A stretch of 64,000 bases of DNA, from assembly GCA_963826115.1 (NCBI GenBank), contig CAWGVS010000010.1, positions 256,001 to 320,000 on the forward strand, in the 5' to 3' direction. Under the pieces are notes generated by a model that saw nothing but the letters and a program-made list of their open reading frames with translations, did no database searches and was not told the origin of the DNA. This DNA comes from an uncultured Candidatus Rokubacteria bacterium. Its GTDB lineage: Bacteria; Methylomirabilota; Methylomirabilia; Rokubacteriales; DASRDR01. Positions 49,382 to 59,622 of the stretch are shown here, piece after piece. Each line of letters begins with the position of its first letter. Positions within the stretch are counted from its first letter, which is position 1. Position numbers and translations under genes: made by a program.

Positions 49382-50410
49382 ATGCGGCTGGGACTCGCCC
49401 TGGGATACACGGGGGCGCAGGTGCGCCTCGACGCCCAGGCCGTGCAGGACGCCGAGCGTCTCGGCTACCACTCGGTCTGGACCGCGGAGGCGTACGGCTC
49501 GGACGCCGTCGTGCCGCTCGCGTGGCTCGGCGCCGTGACCTACCGGATCCGCCTGGGCACCGCGATCCTCCAGATGGCCGCGCGGACGCCGGCGATGACC
49601 GCGATGACGGCGATGACCCTCGACGCCCTGTCGGGCGGGCGCGCGCTCCTCGGCCTCGGCGTGTCCGGGCCCCAGGTGGTCGAGGGCTGGCACGGGCAGC
49701 CGTTCGGCAAGCCGCTCGGCCGGACGCGCGAGTATGTGTCGATCGTGCGCGCGATCCTGGCGCGCGAGCGCCCCCTCGAGCACGCCGGCGAGTACTACCA
49801 GATCCCGTATCGCGGCCCCGGCGCCACCGGGCTCGGCAAGCCGCTCCGGAGCATTGTGCACGGGCGGGCGGACCTGCCGATCTACCTGGCCGCGATCGGA
49901 CCGCGAAACGTCGCGCTGGCCGCGGAGATCGCGGACGGCTGGCTGCCGGTCTTCTACTCGCCCGCCCGCGCGGGCCTCTTCCAGGCCGCGCTCGCCGAGG
50001 GCTTCGCCCGCGCGGGGGCGCCCGGCAAGCGCGAGCGCTTCGACGTGGCGCCGATGGCCCCGGTCGTCGTCGGCCCGAACGTGGACGCGTGCCGCGCCCA
50101 CGTGAAGCCGCGACTCGCGCTCTACGTCGGGGGCATGGGCGCGCGGGGCCGGAACTTCTACTTCGACCTTGCCTGCCGCTACGGCTACGAGGCGGAGGCC
50201 GCCCGCATCCAGGAGCTCTACCTGGCGGGACGCCGGCCCGAGGCGGAGGCGGCGGTTCCGGATGCGCTGGTCGACGAGGTCGCTCTCTGCGGGCCGCCGG
50301 CGCGGATCCGGGAGCGGCTCGCGACGTGGCGGGACGCGGGGGTCACCACGCTGATCTGCGGGACGTCCCAGTCCGAGGCGATCCGCCTCATGGCCGAGCT
50401 GGTGCTCTAG
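49382..50410 (+). CDS. LLM-class (luciferase-like) probably F420-dependent oxidoreductase
   Basis: Motifs [26 protein letters not shown] and YVGGMGA. Confidence 0.9.
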   Translation: MRLGLALGYTGAQVRLDAQAVQDAERLGYHSVWTAEAYGSDAVVPLAWLGAVTYRIRLGTAILQMAARTPAMTAMTAMTLDALSGGRALLGLGVSGPQVVEGWHGQPFGKPLGRTREYVSIVRAILARERPLEHAGEYYQIPYRGPGATGLGKPLRSIVHGRADLPIYLAAIGPRNVALAAEIADGWLPVFYSPARAGLFQAALAEGFARAGAPGKRERFDVAPMAPVVVGPNVDACRAHVKPRLALYVGGMGARGRNFYFDLACRYGYEAEAARIQELYLAGRRPEAEAAVPDALVDEVALCGPPARIRERLATWRDAGVTTLICGTSQSEAIRLMAELVL

Positions 50411-50473
50411 AGGTCCCGCGGCAGGCCGGGGCGGGGCGGACGCTTCCACCCCGCGCCCGAGCCGCGGCGCCGC

Positions 50474-50869
50474 TCAGAAGAGGCGGCGCGCTTCCTGGAA
50501 GTCCCGGTCCCGCTGAAGCTCGCCGTCGAGGGCCTCGAGCGCCGACTTCGCCGACGCCGTGTTGCCCCCGATCGCGATCTGCTGCACGAGGTTTTGGGCG
50601 CGCTCGCCCCACGCGCGGGCCTTGGCCGCGTAGGACCAGGGATCCGGGTGGGTGAGCTTGCTGCGCTGGATCTCGTCGCGGAGGCGCTCGGCGCGCTCGC
50701 CGAGGTCCGCACCGGAGGGAGCCGGCGCCGGGCGAGCGGGCGCGGCCGGTCGCTTCGCCGCCGCCTTGACCGGCGCCTTCTTGGCCGCCTTGGGGGCGGG
50801 TCGCGGAGCCGCCTTGGGAGTCTTCGCCGCCTTCTTGTCTGCCGCGCGCTTCGCTGCCTTCTTTGCCAC
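50474..50869 (-). CDS. Small protein with a Lys/Ala/Pro-rich histone-H1-like N-terminus and a helical C-terminal domain
   Basis: [10 protein letters not shown] before GTG 50869. Sequence AKKAAKRAADKKAAKTPKAAPRPAPKAAKKAPVKAAAKRP...DFQEARRLF. Confidence 0.75.
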   Translation of the reverse strand: MAKKAAKRAADKKAAKTPKAAPRPAPKAAKKAPVKAAAKRPAAPARPAPAPSGADLGERAERLRDEIQRSKLTHPDPWSYAAKARAWGERAQNLVQQIAIGGNTASAKSALEALDGELQRDRDFQEARRLF

Positions 50870-50910
50870 GGTCCCGTCGTCCTCCTCGTGTCGCGTCGGT
50901 GGGTGAGAAG

Positions 50911-51762
50911 TCACTCGCCGGAGATGCTGCGTCCGACCCGGGGCTCGAACGGGCCCGCCAAGGGTCGGACGAGATGATACATACAAAACACCTCCAGCGC
51001 GAACACGGGGAAGCCGAGATAGCCGGCGAGCGGCATCTCGAAGAGCCGGACCGACGGGAAGACGGGGACGCCCACGTAGCGCCACTTGGCGAGCGCCCAG
51101 TAGTTCCAGTACTCCCACAGGAGCCCGCAGAGGATCCCCGCGCCGATCCACCGCCAGACGAACCCGCGGTCACCGTCACGCCAGGCCGCCAGGAAGGACG
51201 GACGGCCCGCGCGGGCGTTCAGCGGATCGAGGAGGAGGATGAAGCCCAGCCAGACGAAGCCGAAGGTCCAGGGCCGCGCGGCGGCCGGGAGGAGCGGCGG
51301 GACGATCACGAAGGCGGCGCCGACGAGCATCGCGACGCGGAGCCCGAGCGTCGGCGGCACCGTGGCCCGCGTCGCGTCCGGCATCGGCAGCGGCCCCGCG
51401 CCCAGGAGCGCGGCGGTCTCGAACAGCCCGGGCCAGATCGTGGCGAACGACCACGCGTAGCCGAGAGCGGCCAGCCAGAGCGGCTCGGGTACGCCGAAGT
51501 ACGCCCAGTTGGCGAGGCGGAGGTTGTATCCCTCGAAGACGAGCCAGAGCGGGAGGGAGACGGTCGCCATGAACGCGGCCTCCCGCGGGCGGTCGTGGAG
51601 CAGCGAGCGGCCCTCCCGCCGGAGGACCCCGGCGTCGACGAGCAGGATGTAGGCCGTCCACATGACGGGCGTGAACCAGCGCGCCAGGACGTCGATCTGC
51701 CAGGGCAGGAGCACCTGGTTCACGACGAGGACGAGCGCCCCGACCCAGCCGTACCAGGCCAT
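50911..51762 (-). CDS. Conserved-looking integral membrane protein of unknown function
   Basis: About 7 TM helices. WLVFEGYN..L.NW.Y is echoed by GLLWEYWNYWA..KW.Y, followed by LFEMPLAGYLGFP.F. Confidence 0.75.
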   Translation of the reverse strand: MAWYGWVGALVLVVNQVLLPWQIDVLARWFTPVMWTAYILLVDAGVLRREGRSLLHDRPREAAFMATVSLPLWLVFEGYNLRLANWAYFGVPEPLWLAALGYAWSFATIWPGLFETAALLGAGPLPMPDATRATVPPTLGLRVAMLVGAAFVIVPPLLPAAARPWTFGFVWLGFILLLDPLNARAGRPSFLAAWRDGDRGFVWRWIGAGILCGLLWEYWNYWALAKWRYVGVPVFPSVRLFEMPLAGYLGFPVFALEVFCMYHLVRPLAGPFEPRVGRSISGE

Positions 51763-51785
51763 CGCTTCCTCTATATACTCGGGGC

Positions 51786-51983
51786 GTGTCGGTCCTGACG
51801 CGCCTTCTGGGCTCCATGAACCTCCGCTTCCCGACGCTGTTCGTGGTATTCCTCGCCCTGACGGTGCTCGACTTCGTCACTCCCGATCCGCTCCCGCTGG
51901 TCGACGAGCTCGGGCTCGCGCTCCTCACCCTGCTGCTCGCGGTCTGGCGCAACCGGCGGCCGACGAGGACGCCGGGGCGCTAG
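51786..51983 (+). CDS. Small membrane protein (DUF6116-like)
   Basis: LRFPTLF...DFVTPDPLPLVDE.GL motif. TATACT lies 6 nt before the GTG. Confidence 0.7.
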   Translation: MSVLTRLLGSMNLRFPTLFVVFLALTVLDFVTPDPLPLVDELGLALLTLLLAVWRNRRPTRTPGR

Positions 51984-52116
51984 CGTCGCCGTTCCGATCC
52001 TTCGGCGAGACACCCTGGTGAACCGCCACCGCGCGCTTCCGGGCGCGCGCGAGTGTTGACCCGCGGGGGTACCCCGGTGGACAATGACGATCGAGGCATC
52101 CCGAAAGGGGGCGCGC

Positions 52117-53211
52117 GTGCCGCGGACGAGACTGGACGTCCCGTCAGTCGAACATCTGTCCATCGTTGACGAGGAAGGCCGCGTCGACGAGGGTCTCGAG
52201 CCCCCAATTCCCGCCGAGGACCTTCGCCGCCTCTTCCGCACGTTCCTCCTCGCGCGCCGGTTCGACGAGCGGATGCTGCGGCTCCAGCGCCAGGGGCGGA
52301 TCGGCACGTTCGGGCCCATCCGCGGCCACGAGGCCGCCGTCCTCGGGAGCGTCTACGCGCTCCGAGCCTCGGACTGGATGGTGCCCTACTACCGGGAGTG
52401 GCCCGCGTACATGTGGCGGGGCTGGCCGCTCGAGAACCTCATCCTCTATTACGCCGGGTACGCCGAGGGCATGCAGGTGCCCGACGGGGTGCGAGACCTG
52501 CCGCTGTGCATCCCGATCGCGAGCCAGATCCCGCACGCGGTCGGGCTCGCCTACGCGAGCCGGAGCAAGGGCGAGGACAGCGTGACGATGGTGTACTTCG
52601 GCGACGGCGCCACCTCCCACGGCGACTGCCAGGAGGCGATGAACTTTGCGGGCGTCTTCCAGACGCCGCTCATCTTCTTCTGCCTGAACAACCAGTGGGC
52701 GATCTCGCTGCCGCGGGCCAAGCAGAGCCATGCCCGGACGCTCGCCCAGAAGGCGATCGCCTACGGGTTCCCCGGGATCCAGGTGGACGGCAACGATGTG
52801 CTCGCGAGCTACGTGGCGACGCGCGAGGCCGTCGAGCGCGCGCGGCGGGGCGAGGGGCCGACCCTGATCGAGGCGCTGACGTACCGCCTGTCGCTCCACA
52901 CGACCGCGGACGACCCGACGAAGTATCGTGACGACGCCGAGGTGAAGGCGTGGGAGGCGCGGGAGCCGCTCCCCCGGTTCCGCCGGTACCTCCAGGCCAA
53001 GGGCGTCCTCGACGCCGCCGGCGAAGCCCAGCTGGAGGCCGAGGTGGACGCCGAGATCCGGGGCGCCGTGGAGCGGGCGGAAGCGCGGATGCAGGCGAAC
53101 CTGGTCGACGTGTTCGAGCACGTCTACGCGGAGCCCACCGAGACGCTCCGGGGGCAGCGCGAGGAGCTCGAGCGCGAGCTCGCCACGACCGGTGAGGCGA
53201 CGCACGGGTGA
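52117..53211 (+). CDS. pdhA: Pyruvate/2-oxoacid dehydrogenase E1 alpha subunit
   Basis: LQRQGRIG, TPP motif GDGATS...NN, YRLSLHTTADDP. GTG 52117 follows AAGGGGG. Substrate (pyruvate versus branched-chain) is not resolved. Confidence 0.88.
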   Translation: MPRTRLDVPSVEHLSIVDEEGRVDEGLEPPIPAEDLRRLFRTFLLARRFDERMLRLQRQGRIGTFGPIRGHEAAVLGSVYALRASDWMVPYYREWPAYMWRGWPLENLILYYAGYAEGMQVPDGVRDLPLCIPIASQIPHAVGLAYASRSKGEDSVTMVYFGDGATSHGDCQEAMNFAGVFQTPLIFFCLNNQWAISLPRAKQSHARTLAQKAIAYGFPGIQVDGNDVLASYVATREAVERARRGEGPTLIEALTYRLSLHTTADDPTKYRDDAEVKAWEAREPLPRFRRYLQAKGVLDAAGEAQLEAEVDAEIRGAVERAEARMQANLVDVFEHVYAEPTETLRGQREELERELATTGEATHG

Positions 53212-53250
53212 CGCGGCGGATGGCACCCGACAGCCGACGAGGAGCCGGGA

Positions 53251-54240
53251 ATGACTGAGCAGCGGAAGCTGACGATGGTCCAGGCCATCAACCTCGCCCT
53301 CATGCAGGAGATGGAGCGGGACGACGACGTCCTGGTGCTCGGCGAGGACATCGGCGTCGACGGCGGCGTGTTCCGCGTGACCGACGGCCTCCTGGCGAAG
53401 TTCGGGGAGCAGCGCGTCATCGATACGCCGCTGGCCGAGGGCGCCATCGTCGGCATGGCGATCGGCATGGCGATCTACGGGCTGAAGCCCGTGCCGGAGA
53501 TCCAGTTCTCGGGCTTCTCGTTCCAGGCCTTCCACCAGATCGAGAACCACGCCGCGCGGTACCGGGCGCGGACGCGCGGTCGCTACCACATCCAGATGGT
53601 CGTGCGGATGCCGTACGGCGGCGGCGTGCGCGCGCTCGAGCACCACTCCGAGAGCGAGGAGGCGTACTACGCGCACACGCCGGGGCTGAAGATCGTGATT
53701 CCGTCGAGCCCTCGCTCCGCTCGCGCGCTCCTGGTCAGCGCGATCCGCGACCCGGACACCGTGATCTTCTTCGAGCCGAAGGCCCTCTACCATGCCGTCA
53801 AGGAGGAGGTGCCGGTCGCCGAGGAGACGTGGCCCATCGGGAAGGCCCGCATCGCCCGCGAGGGGAAGGACCTGACGCTGGTGGCGTACGGGGCGATGCT
53901 CCATCGCTGCCTCGAGGTCGCCGAGCGGGTCCACGCCGAGGACGGCGCCCAGGTGGAGGTGATCGACCTCCTGTCGATCTCGCCCATGGACACCGAGGCC
54001 ATCGCCGCGTCCGCGCGCAAGACGGGGCGGGTCGTCGTCGCCCACGAGGCCCAGCGGAGCTTCGGCGTCGGGGCCGAGATCATCGCGCGGGTCGTCGAGA
54101 CCGCCTTCCTCCAGCTCCAGGCCCCCGTCCGGCGCGTCACCGCCTTCGACGTCGTCTATCCGGGCTTCGCGCGGGAGCGCGGCTGGCTGCCCGGGCCGGA
54201 CCGCGTGCTGCGCGCCGTCCGCGAGACGCTCGCCTTCTAG
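53251..54240 (+). CDS. pdhB: Pyruvate/2-oxoacid dehydrogenase E1 beta subunit
   Basis: GEDIGVDGGVFRVT, DTPLAE, EIQF and EHHSES. Confidence 0.9.
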   Translation: MTEQRKLTMVQAINLALMQEMERDDDVLVLGEDIGVDGGVFRVTDGLLAKFGEQRVIDTPLAEGAIVGMAIGMAIYGLKPVPEIQFSGFSFQAFHQIENHAARYRARTRGRYHIQMVVRMPYGGGVRALEHHSESEEAYYAHTPGLKIVIPSSPRSARALLVSAIRDPDTVIFFEPKALYHAVKEEVPVAEETWPIGKARIAREGKDLTLVAYGAMLHRCLEVAERVHAEDGAQVEVIDLLSISPMDTEAIAASARKTGRVVVAHEAQRSFGVGAEIIARVVETAFLQLQAPVRRVTAFDVVYPGFARERGWLPGPDRVLRAVRETLAF

Positions 54241-54268
54241 CCGGCGCCCGCCGCGCCGACCTCTTCCG

Positions 54269-55546
54269 ATGGCGAAGGAATTCAAGCTGCCCGATCTCGG
54301 CGAGGGCCTCACCGAGGCCGAGATCGTCCGTGTCCTCGTTGCCGAGGGCGACGAGATCAAGGAGGACCAGGCCGTCCTCCTGGTCGAGACCGAGAAGGCC
54401 CAGGTCGAGCTGCCATCCCCCTTCGGCGGGCGCGTCGCCGCGGTCCACGTCCAGGCGGGCCAGCGGGTGAAGGTCGGGGCGGTCCTGCTGAGCTTCGGCG
54501 ACGGTGCCCCCGCCGCTCGCGTCGCAGCGCCGGCATCGGCGCGCGCGGTGACGCCCGCGCCGCCCACCGCATCCGCCGCGCCGGCGCCCGCGACCGGCCT
54601 GCCGCCCGCGGCCACGCCCGCCACCCGGCGACTCGCGCGCGAGCTCGGCGTGGAGCTCGGGGCCGTCCGCGGGACCGGGCCGGGCGGGCGCATCTCGGAC
54701 GACGACGTGCGGGCCGCCGCGGGCGGCCGCCCCGCGTCGGGGGCGGGCGTGTCCCGGGCTGGGTCGTCGGCCGCGCCCGTCGAGCCGCCCCGACCGCTGG
54801 CCGGCCCGGTCGCGCTGCCGCCGCTCCCGCGCTTCGAGCAGTGGGGCCCGGTCGAGCGCGAGCCGCTCCGCGGCATCCGGCGCCGGAGCGCCGAGCACCT
54901 GGCCCTCGCCTGGGCGGTGATTCCCCACGTCACCCAGCACGACCAGGCGGACGTCACCGAGCTCGAGACGATGCGTCGCCGCCACCAGAAGCGGGGTGGG
55001 GAGACGGGCGCGGAGCTGACACTGACCGTCTTCCTCCTGAAGGCGGCAGCGCTCGCGCTCCGGGCCCACCCTCGCTTCAACGCGAGTCTCGACCAGGGCA
55101 CGGGCGAGCTGGTCCTGAAGCGCTACTACAACATTGGCGTCGCGGTGGACACCGACCAGGGGCTCGTGGTCCCGGTGGTGCGCGGGATCGACGGCAAGGG
55201 GATCCGGGAGCTCTCCGCCGAGCTCGCGCGCCTGGTCGCACGCACGCGCGAGGGGAAGGCGACGCTCGAGGACCTTCGGGGCGGGACGTTCACCGTGACC
55301 AACACCGGGGCGCTCGGCGGCACCGGGGCCACGCCGATCATCAACTATCCCGAGGTCGCCATCCTCGGCGTCGGCCGGGCCCGGCTGACGCCCGTCGTCC
55401 GCGACGGGCAGATCGTCCCGCGCCTGGTGTTGCCGCTCTCGCTCGCGTTCGACCACCGGGTGATCGACGGGATGGAGGCGGCGCGCTTCTCCACCGAGCT
55501 CGTCGGCCTCCTCGAAGCTCCCGAGCGCCTCTTCCTCGAAGGGTAG
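54269..55546 (+). CDS. Dihydrolipoamide acyltransferase E2
   Basis: Lipoyl domain LPDLGEGL...VETEKA, E3-binding ATPATRRLARE...GTGPGGRI, catalytic DHRVIDG. Confidence 0.93.
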   Translation: MAKEFKLPDLGEGLTEAEIVRVLVAEGDEIKEDQAVLLVETEKAQVELPSPFGGRVAAVHVQAGQRVKVGAVLLSFGDGAPAARVAAPASARAVTPAPPTASAAPAPATGLPPAATPATRRLARELGVELGAVRGTGPGGRISDDDVRAAAGGRPASGAGVSRAGSSAAPVEPPRPLAGPVALPPLPRFEQWGPVEREPLRGIRRRSAEHLALAWAVIPHVTQHDQADVTELETMRRRHQKRGGETGAELTLTVFLLKAAALALRAHPRFNASLDQGTGELVLKRYYNIGVAVDTDQGLVVPVVRGIDGKGIRELSAELARLVARTREGKATLEDLRGGTFTVTNTGALGGTGATPIINYPEVAILGVGRARLTPVVRDGQIVPRLVLPLSLAFDHRVIDGMEAARFSTELVGLLEAPERLFLEG

Positions 55547-55558
55547 GGGGCCGCGCCC

Positions 55559-56983
55559 GTGGTGATGGGCGAGCTGCCCCGCGACGCGGATCTCGTCGTG
55601 CTCGGCGGCGGGCCGGGCGGATACGCTGCCGCCTTCCGCGCGGCGGACCTCGGGCTCGACACGGTCCTGGTCGAGACGCGGCCGGCGCTCGGTGGCGAGT
55701 GCCTCCACGTGGGCTGCATCCCGTCCAAGGCGCTCCTCGGGATCGCCGCGCTGATCCACGACGCGGCCGACGCAGGGGACGCGGGCGTGACGTTCGGGCC
55801 GGCCCGGGTCGACCCCGTGAAGCTCCGCGCGTTCACGCAGCGGTCGATCGACCGCCTCGCCAAGGGGCTCGCCGCCATCGCCAAGACGCGCGGGGTCGAC
55901 GTCGTGGCCGGTCACGGACGCTTCGAGCGCGACGGCTCGATCCGGGTGTCGCGGGACGACGCGCCGCCGGCGACTCTCCACTTCAAGCATGCGATCGTGG
56001 CGACGGGCTCCCGTGCCGCGACGCTGCCGGGGCTCGAGCCCGGGCCGCGCGTGTGGGACTCGACCGCGGCGCTCGCGCTCGAGCGCGTGCCCGGGCGTCT
56101 CCTGGTCGTGGGCGGCGGCTACATCGGGCTCGAGCTCGGGAGCGTGTACGCCGCTCTCGGTGCCGAGGTGACGGTGGTGGAGCTCCTGGACGGGCTCCTT
56201 CCGGGTGTCGACCGGGATCTGGTGGCGCCGCTCGCCCGCCGGCTCGGGAAGCGCTTCAAGCGCATCCTCCTCGGCACCAAGGTCACGGGGGTTCGGGAGA
56301 CGGGATCGGGTTTGACGGTGACGCTGGTCGGGGATGGGGCGCCCGCGACGCTCGAGGTCGACCAGGCGTTGGTGGCCGTCGGGCGGCGCCCCCGCTCGGA
56401 CGACCTCGGGCTCGAGCACACGCGCGCCGTGCGTGACGCGCGCGGCTTCATCGAGGTGGACGCGCAGCGCCGGACCGCCGATCCTCGAGTCCTCGCCATC
56501 GGGGACGTCGCGGGCGAGCCGATGCTGGCCCACAAGGCGATGGCGGAGGGACTGGTCGCGGCGGAGACGGCGGCGGGGCGGCCGGCCGCCTTCGAGCCCC
56601 TGGCCGTCCCGGCGGTCGTGTTCACCGATCCCGAGGTCGCGTGGTGCGGGCTGACGGAGGGCGAGGCGCGGGCGCGGGGGGTCGAGGCGCGCGCGGTGAA
56701 GGTGCCGTGGAGTGCGTCGGGCCGCGCGGTCGCGATGGGCCGGCCGGACGGGCTCACGAAGGTCGTGTTCGAGCCGAAGTCGGGGCGGCTCCTCGGCGTC
56801 GGCCTGGTGGGGCCGCACGCGGGCGACCTGGTCGCCGAGGGCGCCCTCGCGATCGAGATGGGCGCGGTGGCGGAGGACGTCGCCGGGACGATCCACACGC
56901 ACCCCACGCTGTCCGAGACTCTGGGCGAGGCGGCCGAGCTCTTCCTCGGGCACCCGATCCACCTCCCGCCGCCCCGGGGCTGA
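55559..56983 (+). CDS. lpdA: Dihydrolipoyl dehydrogenase E3
   Basis: GGGPGGY, GGECLHVGCIPSK, GGGYIG and HTHPTLSE. Confidence 0.94.
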   Translation: MVMGELPRDADLVVLGGGPGGYAAAFRAADLGLDTVLVETRPALGGECLHVGCIPSKALLGIAALIHDAADAGDAGVTFGPARVDPVKLRAFTQRSIDRLAKGLAAIAKTRGVDVVAGHGRFERDGSIRVSRDDAPPATLHFKHAIVATGSRAATLPGLEPGPRVWDSTAALALERVPGRLLVVGGGYIGLELGSVYAALGAEVTVVELLDGLLPGVDRDLVAPLARRLGKRFKRILLGTKVTGVRETGSGLTVTLVGDGAPATLEVDQALVAVGRRPRSDDLGLEHTRAVRDARGFIEVDAQRRTADPRVLAIGDVAGEPMLAHKAMAEGLVAAETAAGRPAAFEPLAVPAVVFTDPEVAWCGLTEGEARARGVEARAVKVPWSASGRAVAMGRPDGLTKVVFEPKSGRLLGVGLVGPHAGDLVAEGALAIEMGAVAEDVAGTIHTHPTLSETLGEAAELFLGHPIHLPPPRG

Positions 56984-57015
56984 CGCGCCCGCCGGGACGG
57001 GCTGAGCGCCTGGCC

Positions 57016-58248
57016 GTGCCGCGCCCGGTCCTCGTCGCCGCGCTCGGGGTGCTGACGGTCGCGCTCGACGCCGCCGTCAACATCGCGTTCCCGGCCATCT
57101 CCGCCGCGTTCCACGTGTCCGCCACGTCGATGCAGTGGATCGTCCTCGCCTACATGGTGACCTTCGCCCTGGCGCTGGTCCCCGGGGGCCGGCTCGCCGA
57201 CCGGGTCGGTCACGCGCGCGTCTTCCGCAGCGGGCTCGTCCTCACCGGCCTGACGCACGTCCTGTGCGGGCTCGCGCCCGCGTGGGGCTGGCTCCTCGGC
57301 GCCCGCACCGCGCAGGGCGTCGGGGCGGCGCTGGTGATGGCGAGCGCGCCCGCGTTCGCGACCTTGACGACCGAGGCGAGCCGACGCGGACGGGCGCTGG
57401 GCCGGCTCGGGCTGGCGGCGAGCCTCGGCGCCGTCGTGGGCCCGCTCGGCGGCGGCTTGCTCGTCGACGCGCTGGGATGGCGCGTGGTGTACCTCGGCCG
57501 CCTCCCGCTGGTCTTGGTGGCGCTCGTCCTCGGGAGCGGGCTCGTGGTGCCGCGCGCGCCCTCCGGAGCGTCGCGCGCGGAGCCTGGCGCGCGGCCGGCG
57601 CGCCGGGCGGCCGTGAACGCGACCGACCGGCGCGGCCTCGCGATCGCGAGCGCCGCGCTCATGCTCGGATGGGTGGCGCTCTTCGCCGTGTGGCTCCTCG
57701 TGCCCTACTTCCTGATCGACCGGCGCGGCTTCCCGGCCGGATGGGCCGGGATCCTCTTCATGATCGGACCGCTCGCGCAGGCGGCCGCCGCTCCCCTCGC
57801 GGGCCGCCTCGCCGACCGGGGCACCGGGCGCTGGCTCGCGCCGCTGGGCCTCGCCCTCGAGGCCGTGGGTCTCTGGCTCACGGGCCGCCTCGACGACGCC
57901 GCCGGCCCCGGGCGCATCGCCGTCGCGCTCGGCCTGGGAGGCTTCGGCTCCGGCCTCTTCATCGTCGCCAACATGCACTACGTCATGAGTGCGCTGCCGC
58001 CGGCGCGTCAGGGCGTGGCGGGCAGCCTGGTGGCACTCATGCGGACCGCGGGCGTCGTCGTGGGAGCGGCGCTGACGGCGGCCGTCTACGCCGCGCGCCT
58101 CTCCGCGCATGCGTCGCTCGGGGACCGTGACGCCGCGGCGGCGGCCTTCGCGGACACCTTCACGCTCGCGGCGAGCATCGCGGGCCTGGCCGCCCTCGTC
58201 AGCCTGATCCCGCCGCGCCGGCGCGCGCGCGGCGCTTTCGTGCCTTGA
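57016..58248 (+). CDS. MFS transporter (drug:H+ antiporter-like)
   Basis: MFS motif GRLADRVG, a second GRLADRG, and multiple TM helices. Confidence 0.86.
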   Translation: MPRPVLVAALGVLTVALDAAVNIAFPAISAAFHVSATSMQWIVLAYMVTFALALVPGGRLADRVGHARVFRSGLVLTGLTHVLCGLAPAWGWLLGARTAQGVGAALVMASAPAFATLTTEASRRGRALGRLGLAASLGAVVGPLGGGLLVDALGWRVVYLGRLPLVLVALVLGSGLVVPRAPSGASRAEPGARPARRAAVNATDRRGLAIASAALMLGWVALFAVWLLVPYFLIDRRGFPAGWAGILFMIGPLAQAAAAPLAGRLADRGTGRWLAPLGLALEAVGLWLTGRLDDAAGPGRIAVALGLGGFGSGLFIVANMHYVMSALPPARQGVAGSLVALMRTAGVVVGAALTAAVYAARLSAHASLGDRDAAAAAFADTFTLAASIAGLAALVSLIPPRRRARGAFVP

Positions 58249-58303
58249 CACCGCTCGCGCGGCCGGTGTATACCCCGACGCGCCGGCGCTCGGCCGACCT
58301 ACG

Positions 58304-58882
58304 GTGACGCCGGGCGAGCTCACGATGCGCGTCCCCGAACCCTCCCGAGAGCAGCTCGAGCCCGCCGCGCGGGCGCTGTACGACCGCATCGCGTCGACGC
58401 GCGGGGGCACGCGAGGGCCGTTCCTCGTGCTCCTCCACCATCCCGCGCTCTGCGAGCGCGTGGCCGCGCTGGGGGAGCTGCTCCGCTTCAACTCGACGCT
58501 GCCGGGGGCGGACCGCGAGCTCGCGATCCTGACGGCCGGCCGCGAGTCGGAGGCCCCGTACGAGTGGGTCGCGCACGAGCCGGTCGCGCTCCGCGAGGGC
58601 ACGCGCCCCGAGGCCATCGCCGTCGTGCGCGACGGCCGCGCGACCGACGGGCTCCGGCCGCGCGAGGCGCTCCTGGTCGACACCGTGCGCGCCCTCTCCC
58701 GGGCCCACCGGCTGACCCCGGAGCAGTTCGCGCGCGCGGAGGCCGAGCTCGGGCGGCAGGGGCTGATCGAGCTCGTGACACTCGCCGGCTACTACGGGAT
58801 GGTCGCGAACGTCCTCAACGCGTTCGAGGTGGACCTCCCGCCGGGCACCACGCCACCGCCGTTCGGCCCCGCCAGACGCTAG
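58304..58882 (+). CDS. Carboxymuconolactone decarboxylase/AhpD-like family protein
   Basis: GPFLVLLHHP, RELAIL, YEWVAH and ELVTLAGYY. Confidence 0.85.
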   Translation: MTPGELTMRVPEPSREQLEPAARALYDRIASTRGGTRGPFLVLLHHPALCERVAALGELLRFNSTLPGADRELAILTAGRESEAPYEWVAHEPVALREGTRPEAIAVVRDGRATDGLRPREALLVDTVRALSRAHRLTPEQFARAEAELGRQGLIELVTLAGYYGMVANVLNAFEVDLPPGTTPPPFGPARR

Positions 58883-58934
58883 GGCGGGCTCCGGAGTCCG
58901 CCCCGCTCGCGCGCCCGGCCGCGCGGCGCCGCGC

Positions 58935-59450
58935 CTACCGTCCGTCGACCAGGGCGCGGATCCAGCCGTGATGCGCCTCGTAGTGCTCCCAGGTGTTTCC
59001 GCCGATCCACGCCGCCGCGGGGCTCCCGTCGCTCTCGGCGCCCGGCGGGAGGACGCCGGCGACCGGACCCGAGACCGCCCGGTCGCTGAGCGCGGCGAGC
59101 CGGCCGCGCGCCGCGCGGTGGCTGGCCCGGAGCGCGTCCAAGACCTCGGGGATCGGGCGATGGCGGTGGAGCGCGAAGATCACGGCGTTTTCGGCGTCCT
59201 CGTCCCCTGAGAGCACGGACTTGTCGACACCCAGCGCCTCGTGGGTCGGCCGCCCGGCGAGCCTGGCCACGAACGCGTCCTCCCAGGCGGCCACGTGCAT
59301 GAGGTGGTCCTTGACCGCCCATCCGGCCGGGTCGCGCACGTCGCCGAGCTGGGCGGAGGTCAGCCGGCCGATCGTGCCCTCGAGGGCCGTCCACGCCTGG
59401 TCCACCCGGGACAGGAGCTCCGCCGTGGTCTTCGGGGTCGCATCGCTCAT
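58935..59450 (-). CDS. DinB-like four-helix-bundle protein
   Basis: WAVKDHLMHVAAWE and EHYEAH, forming a His triad. Confidence 0.82.
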   Translation of the reverse strand: MSDATPKTTAELLSRVDQAWTALEGTIGRLTSAQLGDVRDPAGWAVKDHLMHVAAWEDAFVARLAGRPTHEALGVDKSVLSGDEDAENAVIFALHRHRPIPEVLDALRASHRAARGRLAALSDRAVSGPVAGVLPPGAESDGSPAAAWIGGNTWEHYEAHHGWIRALVDGR

Positions 59451-59622
59451 CGTGGACCTCCAGGGGCAGGGGAGTTGGAGACGCGAAGTGTGGTCGTCAC
59501 CCCTTGAAGACCCCGGAGGGGCGCGAACGTGAAACGCGCCGGCGCCGCCGTCGGAGCGAAGCGTCGGCCGCAGGGGTAGGTGCCTTCCCGGCTCGCAACG
59601 AACCGGCTATCCTGTCGGACGG

